In this document: positions 42,176 to 52,698 of the stretch, in pieces | Position numbering within the stretch: position 1 is the first letter of the stretch | How the letters are laid out: each line of letters opens with the position of its first letter | NCBI RefSeq assembly: GCF_013122565.1 | Contig: NZ_CP053258.1 | Reading direction: 5' to 3' (one strand) | DNA from: Escherichia coli | GTDB lineage: Bacteria; Pseudomonadota; Gammaproteobacteria; Enterobacterales; Enterobacteriaceae | DNA length: 64,000 nt | Notes under the pieces: model-generated | Databases searched by the model: none | Seen by the model: only the letters and a program-made list of their open reading frames with translations | What the model was told of the DNA's origin: nothing | Position numbers and translations under genes: made by a program

Positions 42176-43189
42176 TCACCTCTCCTCAACCAGCGGCACC
42201 ATCACATCACGCGACCAGGAAACCATCACCTGTTGTCCGGGCGTGAGCGTGGAAGGCAGTTCTTCGCCTGTCATATTGGCCTGACTCACCAGCAGTTTTT
42301 CACCGCCGTTCAGTCTCAGTTCAAAACGGGTCGCCGCGCCCTGATACTGCACCGCCTGGATCGTGCCATTAGCCTGCACTTCGCCGGGGATGTTGAAGCG
42401 GATATGTTCCGGTCGCAGGGCGAAGCTTCCCGTCATGCCACAAAGTTTGTCTGCCATCAGTGCATCAAAAACATTCGATGTCCCGACGAACCCGGCAACA
42501 AACGGCGTGCGCGGGCGCATATAGAGATCGCGCGGGGAATCGACCTGTTCAATGCGTCCATTATTGAAAACCGCCACACGATCGGACATCGATAACGCTT
42601 CGCCCTGATCGTGGGTAACGAAGATAAAAGTGATACCGAGAGACTGTTGCAGCTTTTTCAGTTCCAGCTGCATCTGCTCACGCAATTTGAGATCCAGTGC
42701 GCCGAGCGGTTCATCCAACAGCAATACGCGCGGTTCATTCACCAATGCTCTGGCGATAGCAACCCGCTGGCGCTGACCACCAGAAAGTTGTGACGGTTTG
42801 CGTTGCTGAACAAAACCCAGCGCCACTTTCTCCAGCGCCTCTTGCGCCATTGCGTGCCGCTGCTTTTTATTCACGCCTTTGACCATCAGCCCGTAGCCTA
42901 CGTTGTCAAGAATCGACATATGCGGAAAAAGCGCGTAGTCCTGAAAGACGGTATTCACGTCCCGCTCCCACGGTGGCAGATTGCTGGCGGGTTTACCAAA
43001 GATAGAGATAGCCCCGCTGGAAAGCTGTTCGAAGCCAGCAATCAGGCGTAGGCAGGTGGTTTTGCCGGAGCCGGACGGCCCCAGCATAGAGAAGAACTCA
43101 CCATCTTTTATCGCAATACTGACGCCATCTACTGCGCGCACGTCACCGTACAACCGCGAGACGTTGTCAAACTCCACTGCGTACGTCAT
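42176..43189 (-). CDS. ydcT: ABC transporter ATP-binding protein (337 aa)
   Basis: Track ORF 337 aa; Walker A GPSGSGKTT, ABC signature LSGGQRQR, Walker B LLLDEP. Confidence 0.9.
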   Translation of the reverse strand: MTYAVEFDNVSRLYGDVRAVDGVSIAIKDGEFFSMLGPSGSGKTTCLRLIAGFEQLSSGAISIFGKPASNLPPWERDVNTVFQDYALFPHMSILDNVGYGLMVKGVNKKQRHAMAQEALEKVALGFVQQRKPSQLSGGQRQRVAIARALVNEPRVLLLDEPLGALDLKLREQMQLELKKLQQSLGITFIFVTHDQGEALSMSDRVAVFNNGRIEQVDSPRDLYMRPRTPFVAGFVGTSNVFDALMADKLCGMTGSFALRPEHIRFNIPGEVQANGTIQAVQYQGAATRFELRLNGGEKLLVSQANMTGEELPSTLTPGQQVMVSWSRDVMVPLVEER

Positions 43190-43206
43190 AAAGCACCCCA
43201 GCGAAG

Positions 43207-44352
43207 TTAGCGACCGCCCATAATGGCAATGTAATCCTGCGTCCAGCGACTGTAGGGAACAAACTTGCCCCCTTCTGCTATAGGCGTTTTCCAGAAGGCG
43301 ATTTTATCGAAATAGTTAAAACCGTTTGTTTCACACCCTTTCTCGCCTAATAACGGACTGGCTTTACATCCTTCCGGCACTACCGGTAACGAGCCAAACC
43401 AGGCCGCCACATCGCCCTGCACTTTTGGCGTTAATGACCAGTTCATCCATTTGTAGGCGCAAACCGGATGTTTCGCTTCGCTATGCAGCATGGTGGTATC
43501 AGCCCAACCGGTAACGCCCTCCTTCGGGAAAACGGTAGCAACAGGCTGGCCTTCGGCTTTCAGGGCGTTGGCCTGATAGGGCCATGCACTGGAAGCAACC
43601 ACACCCTCGTTTTTGAAATCGCTCATTTGCACGGTAGTGTCATGCCAGTAGCGATGGATCAAACTATGTTGATCGCGCAGCACTTTCAGCACCGACTGGT
43701 ACTGTTCTTCGGTGAGTTGATACGGATCGCTGATGCCCAACTGCGGCTGAGTGGCTTTAACGAACAACGCAGCGTCCGCAATGTAGATAGGGCCATCATA
43801 AGCCTGGACGCGGCCTTTATTGCTCTTGCCGTCCGGCAGATTCTGCTCAACAAAAACCACTTGCCAGCTATCCGGCGGCGTCGGGAAGGTTTTAGTGTTG
43901 TACATCAGCAGGTTCGGCCCCCATTGGTAAGGTGTGCCGTAAACTTTGCCGCCAACGTTAAACCAGTCGCCTTTAACCACGCGCGGATCGAGCGTTTTCC
44001 AGTTGGGAATCAAGGCGGTATTAATCGGCTGCACGCGTTTGCCCATAATCAAACGCAGCGAGGCATCGCCAGATGCCGTAACCAGATCGTAACCCCCTTT
44101 GGCCATCAGACTGACCATTTCATCGGAAGTCGCCGCAGTTTTCACATTCACCGCGCAACCTGTTTCTTTTTCAAATTGCGTCACCCAGTCGTATTGTTTA
44201 TCGGTTTGTCCGCGTTCGATGTATCCCGGCCAGGCGATAATATCCAGTCGCCCTTCCGGTTTATCTAAATTGGTAGGCGGTTCGGCGGCGTGAGCGGTCA
44301 TTATTGTCATGCTGAGCGCACACAGGCTGCTGCGGGCAAATGTCTTGCTCAT
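43207..44352 (-). CDS. ydcS: Periplasmic substrate-binding protein of the ABC transporter (381 aa)
   Basis: Track ORF 381 aa; signal peptide MSKTFARSSLCALSMTIMTAHA; spermidine/putrescine-binding-like. Confidence 0.88.
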   Translation of the reverse strand: MSKTFARSSLCALSMTIMTAHAAEPPTNLDKPEGRLDIIAWPGYIERGQTDKQYDWVTQFEKETGCAVNVKTAATSDEMVSLMAKGGYDLVTASGDASLRLIMGKRVQPINTALIPNWKTLDPRVVKGDWFNVGGKVYGTPYQWGPNLLMYNTKTFPTPPDSWQVVFVEQNLPDGKSNKGRVQAYDGPIYIADAALFVKATQPQLGISDPYQLTEEQYQSVLKVLRDQHSLIHRYWHDTTVQMSDFKNEGVVASSAWPYQANALKAEGQPVATVFPKEGVTGWADTTMLHSEAKHPVCAYKWMNWSLTPKVQGDVAAWFGSLPVVPEGCKASPLLGEKGCETNGFNYFDKIAFWKTPIAEGGKFVPYSRWTQDYIAIMGGR

Positions 44353-44596
44353 AAGGTCTTACTCCTGTCGTAATTAATTGTTCAGCCGCCGTGCCGTAAA
44401 AATATCTCCTTGTTTAACCATAGACGGCGGCTTGCAGGCACACCTTCGCCCCTGAGAAAATTTAATCAGGTTGTGAGCTACCGCGCATTATGCCGTCTGT
44501 AAGGTTATCTTCTGGAGTATAGTCAAGGAGTTAGGAAATATGACTGCTATTCGAAATTCATATTACCCAATCTAAGAGGAATTAAATTAAACGCTA

Positions 44597-46003
44597 TTAC
44601 AGCCGTTCTTGAATAAGTTTGCCTAATTGTTTTACCGCCTGTTCTTCACGTTCTCCCCACTGCCACGCGGTATTAAAACGAAAAAAACGTGACCAGTTTT
44701 CACCGGTAGAAAACATTTTACCCGGCGCAATACTGATATGATGCGTCAGTGCCGCCAGGCTTAATTCGCCGGCATCTAACGGCTCGGGGAGCTCCAGCCA
44801 GAGAAAATAACCGCTGTCATTATGATGAATTTTCACTTCCGCAGGCAGATAACGCAGCAGTGCCTGCCAGGCACGTTGTTTACGTTCCGCAAGCTGGCGA
44901 CGCAGGCGACGAAGATGGGCGTCGTATCGGCGCGTGGAAAGGTAATCCACCAGCGCAAGCTGCATCGGTGAGCTGGTGGAAAGCGTACTCATCAACTGCA
45001 ATCGTTGAATTTTACGTGCATGTTTTCCGGCGGCGACCCAACCAATACGAAAACCAGGCACCAGACATTTCGAAAACGAAGAGCAATGCAAAACGCCATC
45101 GTGGCGATCCCACGCTTTCGCAGGCAGCGGTTTTTCCCGTCCAAAATAAAGTTCGCTGTAAACGTCATCTTCAATCAGCGTTACGTTGTACTGATTGAGC
45201 AACGCCACCAGTTGTGCTTTTTTTTGTGGCGTTAAGGTAAATCCGAGTGGATTCTGGCTATTAGTCATCAGCCAGCACGCTTTCACCGGATACTCCTGCA
45301 ACGCCAGTTCCAGCGCCTGAAGATCGATCCCTTCTTTAACATCCGTCGCCACCGATAACGCCTTCAGCCGTAGCCGCTCCAGCGCCTGCAACGCGCCGTA
45401 GAAACAAGGATTCTCTACTATCACCCAATCGCCCGGTTCAGTTACCGCTTGCAAACTGAGGTTTAATGCCTCTAACGCCCCGGCAGTAATGACAATTTCA
45501 TCAGGAGAAATGGTGATGCCCTGTAAGGCATAGCGACGGGCAATAGCCTGACGCAGTTCTGCGTTTCCTGGCGGCAAGTTTTCAATCACGCTCATCGCCG
45601 TGGCGGTTTTGCTTACCTGCGCCAGCGAGCGGTTTAGTTGTTGGAGGGGGAAAAGTCGCGGGTCGGGAAAGGCCGAGGCAAACGGAACTACCGACGGATC
45701 GCGACTGGCCTGCAACATATCAAAAATATAGGTGTTGATATCGACTGCTTCATCTCGAGTGACTGGAATGACTGGCGCTTTCGGCATTTTTATTGCCTGT
45801 GGCGCAACGTAATAACCCGACTGCGGTCGCGCGATAATATGTCCCTGACTTTCGAGCAACTGATAGGCATGGCTGACAGTCATAAAGCTCATGCCAGAAA
45901 GCGCCACCTGGTCACGCAACGAAGGCAAACGATCGCCGGATTGCCAGATACCAGACGCAATCTGTTCGCGTAATTGTTCTGCAAGCTGCTGATATTTTTT
46001 CAT
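44597..46003 (-). CDS. ydcR: MocR-family regulator, GntR HTH fused to aminotransferase-like domain (468 aa)
   Basis: Track ORF 468 aa; N-terminal HTH then PLP-fold domain. Confidence 0.88.
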   Translation of the reverse strand: MKKYQQLAEQLREQIASGIWQSGDRLPSLRDQVALSGMSFMTVSHAYQLLESQGHIIARPQSGYYVAPQAIKMPKAPVIPVTRDEAVDINTYIFDMLQASRDPSVVPFASAFPDPRLFPLQQLNRSLAQVSKTATAMSVIENLPPGNAELRQAIARRYALQGITISPDEIVITAGALEALNLSLQAVTEPGDWVIVENPCFYGALQALERLRLKALSVATDVKEGIDLQALELALQEYPVKACWLMTNSQNPLGFTLTPQKKAQLVALLNQYNVTLIEDDVYSELYFGREKPLPAKAWDRHDGVLHCSSFSKCLVPGFRIGWVAAGKHARKIQRLQLMSTLSTSSPMQLALVDYLSTRRYDAHLRRLRRQLAERKQRAWQALLRYLPAEVKIHHNDSGYFLWLELPEPLDAGELSLAALTHHISIAPGKMFSTGENWSRFFRFNTAWQWGEREEQAVKQLGKLIQERL

Positions 46004-46081
46004 TATCGAATCGTAATTATGTGCAGATGATTCGGCAGTCTATATCAGTTGTTAAAAATGACAACTTTTCATTAACTGTTA

Positions 46082-46498
<417 letters not shown>

Positions 46499-46543
46499 AA
46501 TTTCGACTGTCTCTCGCATGTCATTAACCTTTTTAATTGGCGA

Positions 46544-46720
46544 TTAACTCAAACCGAGTTGTTTCTGGATTGCTTTACGCAATGGTTCTTTAATCTCATC
46601 GCAGGGGTGACGCGGCATGACACTGCGCATCCCATGAAACCTGACTTTCAAATGGTTGCTGCCATTCGCTACATCGACGCCCTGAGATTCGAGCCAACGT
46701 CTGAACTCGCTTTGTTTCAC
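46544..46720 (-). CDS. hicA: HicA mRNA interferase toxin (58 aa, GTG start)
   Basis: Not in track. Hand translation from GTG: (M)KQSEFRRWLESQGVDVANGSNHLKVRFHGMRSVMPRHPCDEIKEPLRKAIQKQLGLS*; 24 nt upstream of hicB. Confidence 0.72.
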   Translation of the reverse strand: MKQSEFRRWLESQGVDVANGSNHLKVRFHGMRSVMPRHPCDEIKEPLRKAIQKQLGLS

Positions 46721-46941
46721 ATCGCCTCCCTGCCGCTGAGTATATCAACAAAGTAAACATTAGTGTTTACCTCCGTGTGTAATTTGCTCGAAAATAGCAC
46801 TAAATTGCCGCAACGGCAGAATGCAATGCAAAATCAGGAAGGAAGATTCCAGAATTTCTTTGCGCTAATTTGCAAAACTGAATAATAACCTCAAGAAACG
46901 ATCGGCATCATAGCGGCAAAAGGTAAGAAAAAGGTGGCAGG

Positions 46942-47172
46942 ATGTTTACGAAGGCGTTATCGGTTGTCTTATTAACGTGTGCGCTGTTCTCAGGACAACT
47001 CATGGCAGGGCACAAAGGACATGAATTTGTGTGGGTAAAGAATGTGGATCATCAGCTGCGTCATGAAGCGGACAGCGATGAATTGCGTGCTGTGGCGGAA
47101 GAGTCGGCGGAAGGTTTGCGCGAGCATTTTTACTGGCAAAAATCGCGCAAACCAGAAGCGGGACAACGTTGA
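46942..47172 (+). CDS. yncJ: Secreted small protein YncJ, DUF2554 (76 aa)
   Basis: Track ORF 76 aa; signal peptide MFTKALSVVLLTCALFSGQLMA. Confidence 0.78.
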   Translation: MFTKALSVVLLTCALFSGQLMAGHKGHEFVWVKNVDHQLRHEADSDELRAVAEESAEGLREHFYWQKSRKPEAGQR

Positions 47173-47181
47173 GTCGTTTGA

Positions 47182-47213
47182 TGCCGGATGCGGCGTAACG
47201 CCTTACCCGGCAG
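47182..47213. repeat. REP element
   Basis: tgccggatgcggcgtaacgccttacccggca between convergent yncJ and ydcP. Confidence 0.5.
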
Positions 47214-47263
47214 GCAATATCATGCAGATTCAATAAGTTGTGAGTAACCAGAAAACTGGCGTT

Positions 47264-49225
47264 TTACCCTTTTCGCTTCGGCAATGTTTTCAGCAGCTCA
47301 TCCGGACTTACGGATGCCACTACGCTTCCCGGTAACGGCATTTTCAGTATGTGATTTTTGATTTTGCCAATGACGTGCATCTCGCATGGGCGGCAATCAA
47401 ACTTTAGCGTTAATACTTCATCGCCGTTAACCAGTTGCATTGGCGTCGCCTTCCAGCTTTTGATATTGCCTTTCGCCTGTTTCGGGCACAGATTAAAGGC
47501 AAAGCGCAGACAATGCTTGGTGATCATCACCGGGACTTCGCCCTTCTCTTCATGTGCCTCATACGCCGCGTCAATCAGCTGCACACCATAGCGATGATAA
47601 AATTCACGCGCTTTCTGGTTGTAAACGTTCGCGAGGAAACTCAGATGCGTTTGCGGATAAACCGGCGCAGGATCAGCAACCGGTTTACGGCTGCCGCGCT
47701 GGTAACTGGCAAGACGTGCAGCATCCAGCATGTCGGCGGCTTCGCGGCGGAACTGGTTTAACAGACTGTTTGGTACAAACAGCGCACCCGGCAAATTAAT
47801 TTGCACATCGCGGGCGTAATAGAGGGTTTGACCCAGTTTTGCAAGGCCATCCTTTAGATTGTTCATTGCTTTTTCGGCGTTATTGGCTTCGTCGAACTGC
47901 CCGTCCAGCGTATGCGTGATGCTGACACCCTCTTCACTGGTGAGGGTCAGAATCAGTTGTTCCTGCCAGCCGCCCAGTTCAATGTCTACCGCCACCCGAC
48001 GTTCGCTGGAGGTTTTTGTCAGTGCCTGCTGCCAGTTATGATCAAGATTACGGTTTAGTGGGTGATGCGGGCGAATTTTGTGCAAATCTGCTGGCATTTC
48101 ATTGGGCCAGACGCGGTACTGATTTTCTCCGGTTTTCTCGACCGTATTGGCACGAAAACCGACGACTTCACGTTTAATCAACACGTTCAGGCCATCGCCA
48201 TTTGCCAGTGGCTCGGTAACGGCAACATCGAGATGATCTTTCGCCACTTTCACTACTTCACCTACCGGCAGGCCGATAAATTTCGGCGAATCGAACGCGC
48301 CAATATCGCCTTTACGGGCATTCACAAAATAATCTGTGCTACCACGGTGGAAAGTCTTTTCCGTCGATGGAACAAAGAAATGTTCAGTACGACCTGATGA
48401 AGCGCGCGCCAGATCGCCACGTTCTTCAATAATGGCATCAAGCATCTGGCGATAATGGGCGGTGATATTCTTCACGTAGCTCATATCTTTGTAACGCCCT
48501 TCAATCTTGAAGGAACGTACGCCAGCATCAATCAGCGCGCCGAGGTTGGCAGTCTGATCGTTATCTTTCATCGACAGCAGATGTTTTTCATAGGAAACCA
48601 CCCGCCCCTGATCGTCTTTCAATGTGTATGGCAAACGGCACGCTTGCGAGCAATCGCCACGGTTGGCGCTACGCCCTGTTTGCGCATGAGAAATGTAGCA
48701 CTGACCCGAATAGGCCACGCACAGTGCGCCATGAATAAAGAATTCAATGGTCGCGTCCGTGGCCTGGTGAATCGCGCGGATCTGATCAAGATTCAGCTCT
48801 CGCGCCAGCACAATCTGCGTGAAGCCAACATCAGAGAGGAACTTCGCTTTTTCTACTGTACGAATGTCGCACTGCGTACTGGCGTGCAGTTCAATCGGCG
48901 GAATATCAAGTTCCAGAATCCCCATATCCTGAACAATCAGCGCATCGACGCCGGTCTGGTAGAGGTCGGTAATCAACCGTTGCGCGGGTTCCAGCTCATC
49001 ATCATGCAAAATGGTGTTAAGCGTGACGAAAATTTTTGCACCATAACGATGGGCAAACGGCACCAACTCGGCAATATCTTTCAGGCTATTACTGGCATTA
49101 TGACGGGCACCAAAACCAGGGCCGCCGATATAAACAGCATCGGCACCGTGCAAAATAGCTTCGCGGGCAATGGCGGCATCGCGTGCCGGGCTTAACAGTT
49201 CAAGTCGATGAGAAGATACGGTCAC
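47264..49225 (-). CDS. ydcP: Peptidase U32-family protein, collagenase-like (653 aa)
   Basis: Track ORF 47264..49267 (667 aa, GTG start); 653-aa form from in-frame GTG at 49225 chosen by recalled K-12 length; cysteine-rich U32 core CVAYSGQCYISHAQTGRSANRGDCSQACR. Confidence 0.82.
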   Translation of the reverse strand: MTVSSHRLELLSPARDAAIAREAILHGADAVYIGGPGFGARHNASNSLKDIAELVPFAHRYGAKIFVTLNTILHDDELEPAQRLITDLYQTGVDALIVQDMGILELDIPPIELHASTQCDIRTVEKAKFLSDVGFTQIVLARELNLDQIRAIHQATDATIEFFIHGALCVAYSGQCYISHAQTGRSANRGDCSQACRLPYTLKDDQGRVVSYEKHLLSMKDNDQTANLGALIDAGVRSFKIEGRYKDMSYVKNITAHYRQMLDAIIEERGDLARASSGRTEHFFVPSTEKTFHRGSTDYFVNARKGDIGAFDSPKFIGLPVGEVVKVAKDHLDVAVTEPLANGDGLNVLIKREVVGFRANTVEKTGENQYRVWPNEMPADLHKIRPHHPLNRNLDHNWQQALTKTSSERRVAVDIELGGWQEQLILTLTSEEGVSITHTLDGQFDEANNAEKAMNNLKDGLAKLGQTLYYARDVQINLPGALFVPNSLLNQFRREAADMLDAARLASYQRGSRKPVADPAPVYPQTHLSFLANVYNQKAREFYHRYGVQLIDAAYEAHEEKGEVPVMITKHCLRFAFNLCPKQAKGNIKSWKATPMQLVNGDEVLTLKFDCRPCEMHVIGKIKNHILKMPLPGSVVASVSPDELLKTLPKRKG

Positions 49226-49297
49226 ATTCTTATCCAGTAGCTGAAAAATGGCGGCTATTTTAGCCACAAGCGCGACGTTGCGAAATAGTTTTCCCGC

Positions 49298-49834
49298 TTA
49301 ACTGCGCGGGTAATGGATGAGGGAATGAAAATGTACGGTTTGCTCCCCACCATTACGATAGACATGCGTGACGTCTGCAGCAAATCGAACGCCTTCCCCA
49401 CAATTAAGGCTCTGCCATTCACCATCAACGCACAGATCAAGTTGTCCATCAATGACGACGACATGTTCGATTACCCCCTTCTCATGGGGCGTCGATTCGC
49501 TTATTGCACCGGGTGCCATCTGAATCGAGAAGTGTTCAAAGCAGAGTTGTGGATCATAAGGAAACAGCGAAATGATCACCATCGCCTGCTGTTGTGGATC
49601 ATAAACTGAAGGCGTAGCGGACTGTGGCGGAGAAATAAATGTCGAAAATGGCACGTTCAACCCAGTGGCAATTTTCCATAATGTCGCGACCGTCGGGCTG
49701 GACTCATTACGCTCAATCTGCCCTAACATCGCTTTAGAAACGCCCGTCGCTTCTGCCAGTCGCGAAAGACTCCAGCCGCGCTGCTGGCGTAGTTGTTTAA
49801 GTGTGGTGGATAAAAAGCGAGCGAGATTTTCCAT
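49298..49834 (-). CDS. ydcN: XRE-family HTH regulator with C-terminal cupin domain (178 aa)
   Basis: Track ORF 178 aa; N-terminal HTH LRQQRGWSLSRLAEATGVSKAMLGQIERNESSPTVATLWKIA. Confidence 0.85.
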   Translation of the reverse strand: MENLARFLSTTLKQLRQQRGWSLSRLAEATGVSKAMLGQIERNESSPTVATLWKIATGLNVPFSTFISPPQSATPSVYDPQQQAMVIISLFPYDPQLCFEHFSIQMAPGAISESTPHEKGVIEHVVVIDGQLDLCVDGEWQSLNCGEGVRFAADVTHVYRNGGEQTVHFHSLIHYPRS

Positions 49835-49925
49835 GCGACTCCTCCGGCAAAACGGAAGTTTATCACTTGTGCGTTATAACGGACAAATGCTACGGTGCCT
49901 GTACGCTATAACGCACGAGGTGACT

Positions 49926-51098
49926 ATGCGTCTGTTTTCTGTTCCTCCACCCACGCTACTGGCGGGGTTTCTGGCGGTATTAATTGGCTACGCCAGTTCA
50001 GCGGCAATAATCTGGCAAGCAGCGATTGTCGCCGGAGCCACCACTGCACAAATCTCTGGCTGGATGACGGCGCTGGGGCTGGCAATGGGCGTCAGTACGC
50101 TGACTCTGACATTATGGTATCGCGTACCTGTTCTCACCGCATGGTCAACGCCTGGCGCGGCTTTGTTGGTCACCGGATTGCAGGGACTAACACTTAACGA
50201 AGCCATCGGCGTTTTTATTGTCACCAACGCGTTAATAGTCCTCTGCGGCATAACGGGACTCTTTGCTCGTCTGATGCGCATTATTCCGCACTCGCTTGCG
50301 GCGGCAATGCTTGCCGGGATTTTATTACGCTTTGGTTTACAGGCGTTTGCCAGTCTGGACGGTCAATTTACGTTGTGTGGAAGTATGTTGCTGGTATGGC
50401 TGGCAACCAAGGCCGTTGCGCCGCGCTATGCGGTAATTGCCGCGATGATTATTGGGATCGTGATCGTTATCGCGCAAGGTGACGTTGTCACAACTGATGT
50501 TGTCTTTAAACCCGTTCTCCCCACTTATATTACCCCTGATTTTTCGTTTGCTCACAGCCTGAGCGTTGCACTCCCCCTTTTTCTGGTGACGATGGCATCG
50601 CAAAACGCACCGGGTATCGCAGCAATGAAAGCCGCCGGATATTCAACTCCTGTTTCGCCATTAATTGTATTTACTGGATTGCTGGCACTGTTTTTTTCCC
50701 CTTTCGGCGTTTATTCAGTCGGTATTGCGGCAATCACCGCGGCTATTTGCCAAAGCCCGGAAGCGCATCCGGATAAAGATCAACGTTGGCTGGCAGCTGC
50801 CGTTGCAGGCATTTTCTATTTGCTCGCAGGTCTGTTTGGTAGTGCCATTACCGGGATGATGGCTGCCCTGCCCGTAAGTTGGATCCAGATGCTGGCAGGT
50901 CTGGCGCTGTTGAGTACCATTGGCGGCAGTTTATATCAGGCGCTGCATAATGAGCGTGAGCGCGACGCGGCGGTGGTGGCATTTCTGGTAACGGCAAGTG
51001 GATTGACGCTGGTCGGGATTGGTTCTGCGTTTTGGGGATTAATTGCCGGAGGTGTTTGTTACGTGGTGTTGAATTTAATCGCTGACAGAAACCGATAA
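49926..51098 (+). CDS. ydcO: BenE-family membrane transporter (390 aa)
   Basis: Track ORF 49665..51098 has an implausible N-extension; ATG at 49926 gives MRLFSVPPPTLLAGFLAVLIGY, divergent from ydcN. Confidence 0.82.
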   Translation: MRLFSVPPPTLLAGFLAVLIGYASSAAIIWQAAIVAGATTAQISGWMTALGLAMGVSTLTLTLWYRVPVLTAWSTPGAALLVTGLQGLTLNEAIGVFIVTNALIVLCGITGLFARLMRIIPHSLAAAMLAGILLRFGLQAFASLDGQFTLCGSMLLVWLATKAVAPRYAVIAAMIIGIVIVIAQGDVVTTDVVFKPVLPTYITPDFSFAHSLSVALPLFLVTMASQNAPGIAAMKAAGYSTPVSPLIVFTGLLALFFSPFGVYSVGIAAITAAICQSPEAHPDKDQRWLAAAVAGIFYLLAGLFGSAITGMMAALPVSWIQMLAGLALLSTIGGSLYQALHNERERDAAVVAFLVTASGLTLVGIGSAFWGLIAGGVCYVVLNLIADRNR

Positions 51099-51124
51099 TA
51101 AAAAGCGCCATCTAACGATGGCGC
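51099..51124 (-). terminator. Rho-independent terminator after ydcL
   Basis: Stem gcgccatc / gatggcgc with loop taac, flanked by an A-run on the top strand (U-run for the minus-strand transcript). Confidence 0.55.
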
Positions 51125-51132
51125 GTCTGGAA

Positions 51133-51801
51133 CTACTTTTTGTTAACGTCAAACATGGTGGCATCGGTCGCCATGTCATCAATAACTTGTTTAATATTTT
51201 CGAAAGCCATTGGCGTACTTTCGTTATTCAGGTCTTTACCTTCGCCCTGACGAACGACTTTGATAACCGGTTTATTAGTCGCTGCATCAATCAGCTCACC
51301 TTCAAAATACAAGCGAGTATCCATGGTACGGTGGCCTGTAGCCATTTGCGTCCCCGCAACCACTAATGCAACAGGAACCACTTCATAGAATTGCAGCCCT
51401 TCTTTGCTGGTATCTACACCGGTAATGGCCCCACGGAAAATCAGACTACGCGGCCCCGCGGTGGTAACCAGTGGTTTACGCTGCGCTATCGCTTCTTTCA
51501 TTTCGGTGTTGGTATAGTTCAAAATTTTATCCAGAACTTTCTGCCCTACCTGGGTCGAAGGTTTCGGTACCGGATAATAAGTGATTGGGTTCCAGACGAT
51601 GCTGTCATATTTGCTTTGATCAAAACTCGGGTCTACCCAACGTAAAACCGGTTTACCTGTAGCCGAGGTTGTTTCTTTTAAATCAGAGTAATTGTTTAAA
51701 AAACCAGAATATTTATCTGGCTGGGTGATTTTAGAGGCACAACCAGACAGAGCCAACAAGCCGCATAAAGCTGCAACTTTCGCAAATGATGTGGTACGCA
51801 T
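51133..51801 (-). CDS. ydcL: Lipoprotein YdcL (222 aa)
   Basis: Track ORF 222 aa; lipobox LALSGC in MRTTSFAKVAALCGLLALSGCASK. Confidence 0.85.
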   Translation of the reverse strand: MRTTSFAKVAALCGLLALSGCASKITQPDKYSGFLNNYSDLKETTSATGKPVLRWVDPSFDQSKYDSIVWNPITYYPVPKPSTQVGQKVLDKILNYTNTEMKEAIAQRKPLVTTAGPRSLIFRGAITGVDTSKEGLQFYEVVPVALVVAGTQMATGHRTMDTRLYFEGELIDAATNKPVIKVVRQGEGKDLNNESTPMAFENIKQVIDDMATDATMFDVNKK

Positions 51802-52104
51802 GAATAGTTTCCTGAGATGATTATATTACTTTTTAAGTTATAGCAAAAAGCGCCGCTTCGTGTTGTGGCAAAAAAAGTGTTGGTGAAAATAAAATTTTTT
51901 AGCCCCTTTTCAGACGACATAGTCAATGCCGCAAAAGGGGCTAAGTCAATCATCAGTAGTTAAATTTCAGTAAGTTAAGCTGCTAAAAAACTTCGACTAC
52001 TGTGATTAATTTCACATCCCTTCGATAAAAAATATGCTTACCGAAAAGAAGGACAGTAAACCATCTCAGCGTGGGGAATTTTCACGCGCTTTGTTCTTAC
52101 CGGG

Positions 52105-52698
52105 TCATTTTTTACGTGCCAGCATCGTGGCGAAACGCAGTTTAATACGATTACCGTTGGCGTCGGTGCGGTGCAACTCGCCGACGTCTTCATTGTATTT
52201 CACCATCTCCAAGCCTTCGTAATATCGACGTAATTCTCCCTCTTTGAAGGCAAACGGGAAGCCGACGGTACATGGATAATCAGCGGTATCCATCGCCGCC
52301 ACAATCAGGTTGTAACCGCCAGGTTTAGTGCAACGTTGCATATTGGCAATCAGCCCTGGGATGGTTTTAGCCTCAAGGAACATCAGCACCACAGTCGAAA
52401 GAATAAAATCGTACTGTCCAGCAAATGTGAGGTTATTCAGATCAACGACCCGGGTGTGTAAATTATCCAGATTTTCAATAGATTTAATGCGCTCGACGTT
52501 GGCGATACTCATGGCATTTTTATCCCATGCGTCAACATCATAACCATTGGCTGCCAGGTAAAGACTGTTACGACCATTGCCACAGCCCAGATCCAGCGTT
52601 TTACCCGGTTTAACCACTTTCACCGCTTCCAGTACTTCAGAGTGTGTGCGGGTTAATTCATATTTATCAGTAAAATAGTTTTCGTCACGAATGATCAT
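52105..52698 (-). CDS. tehB: Tellurite resistance SAM-dependent methyltransferase (197 aa)
   Basis: Track ORF 197 aa; SAM motif [15 protein letters not shown]; overlaps tehA stop. Confidence 0.9.
   Translation of the reverse strand: MIIRDENYFTDKYELTRTHSEVLEAVKVVKPGKTLDLGCGNGRNSLYLAANGYDVDAWDKNAMSIANVERIKSIENLDNLHTRVVDLNNLTFAGQYDFILSTVVLMFLEAKTIPGLIANMQRCTKPGGYNLIVAAMDTADYPCTVGFPFAFKEGELRRYYEGLEMVKYNEDVGELHRTDANGNRIKLRFATMLARKK

Noticed and set aside
49665-49925. N-terminal extension of ydcO (477-aa track ORF)
   Set aside because: It would overlap the divergent ydcN coding sequence and promoter; the membrane protein begins plausibly at ATG 49926.
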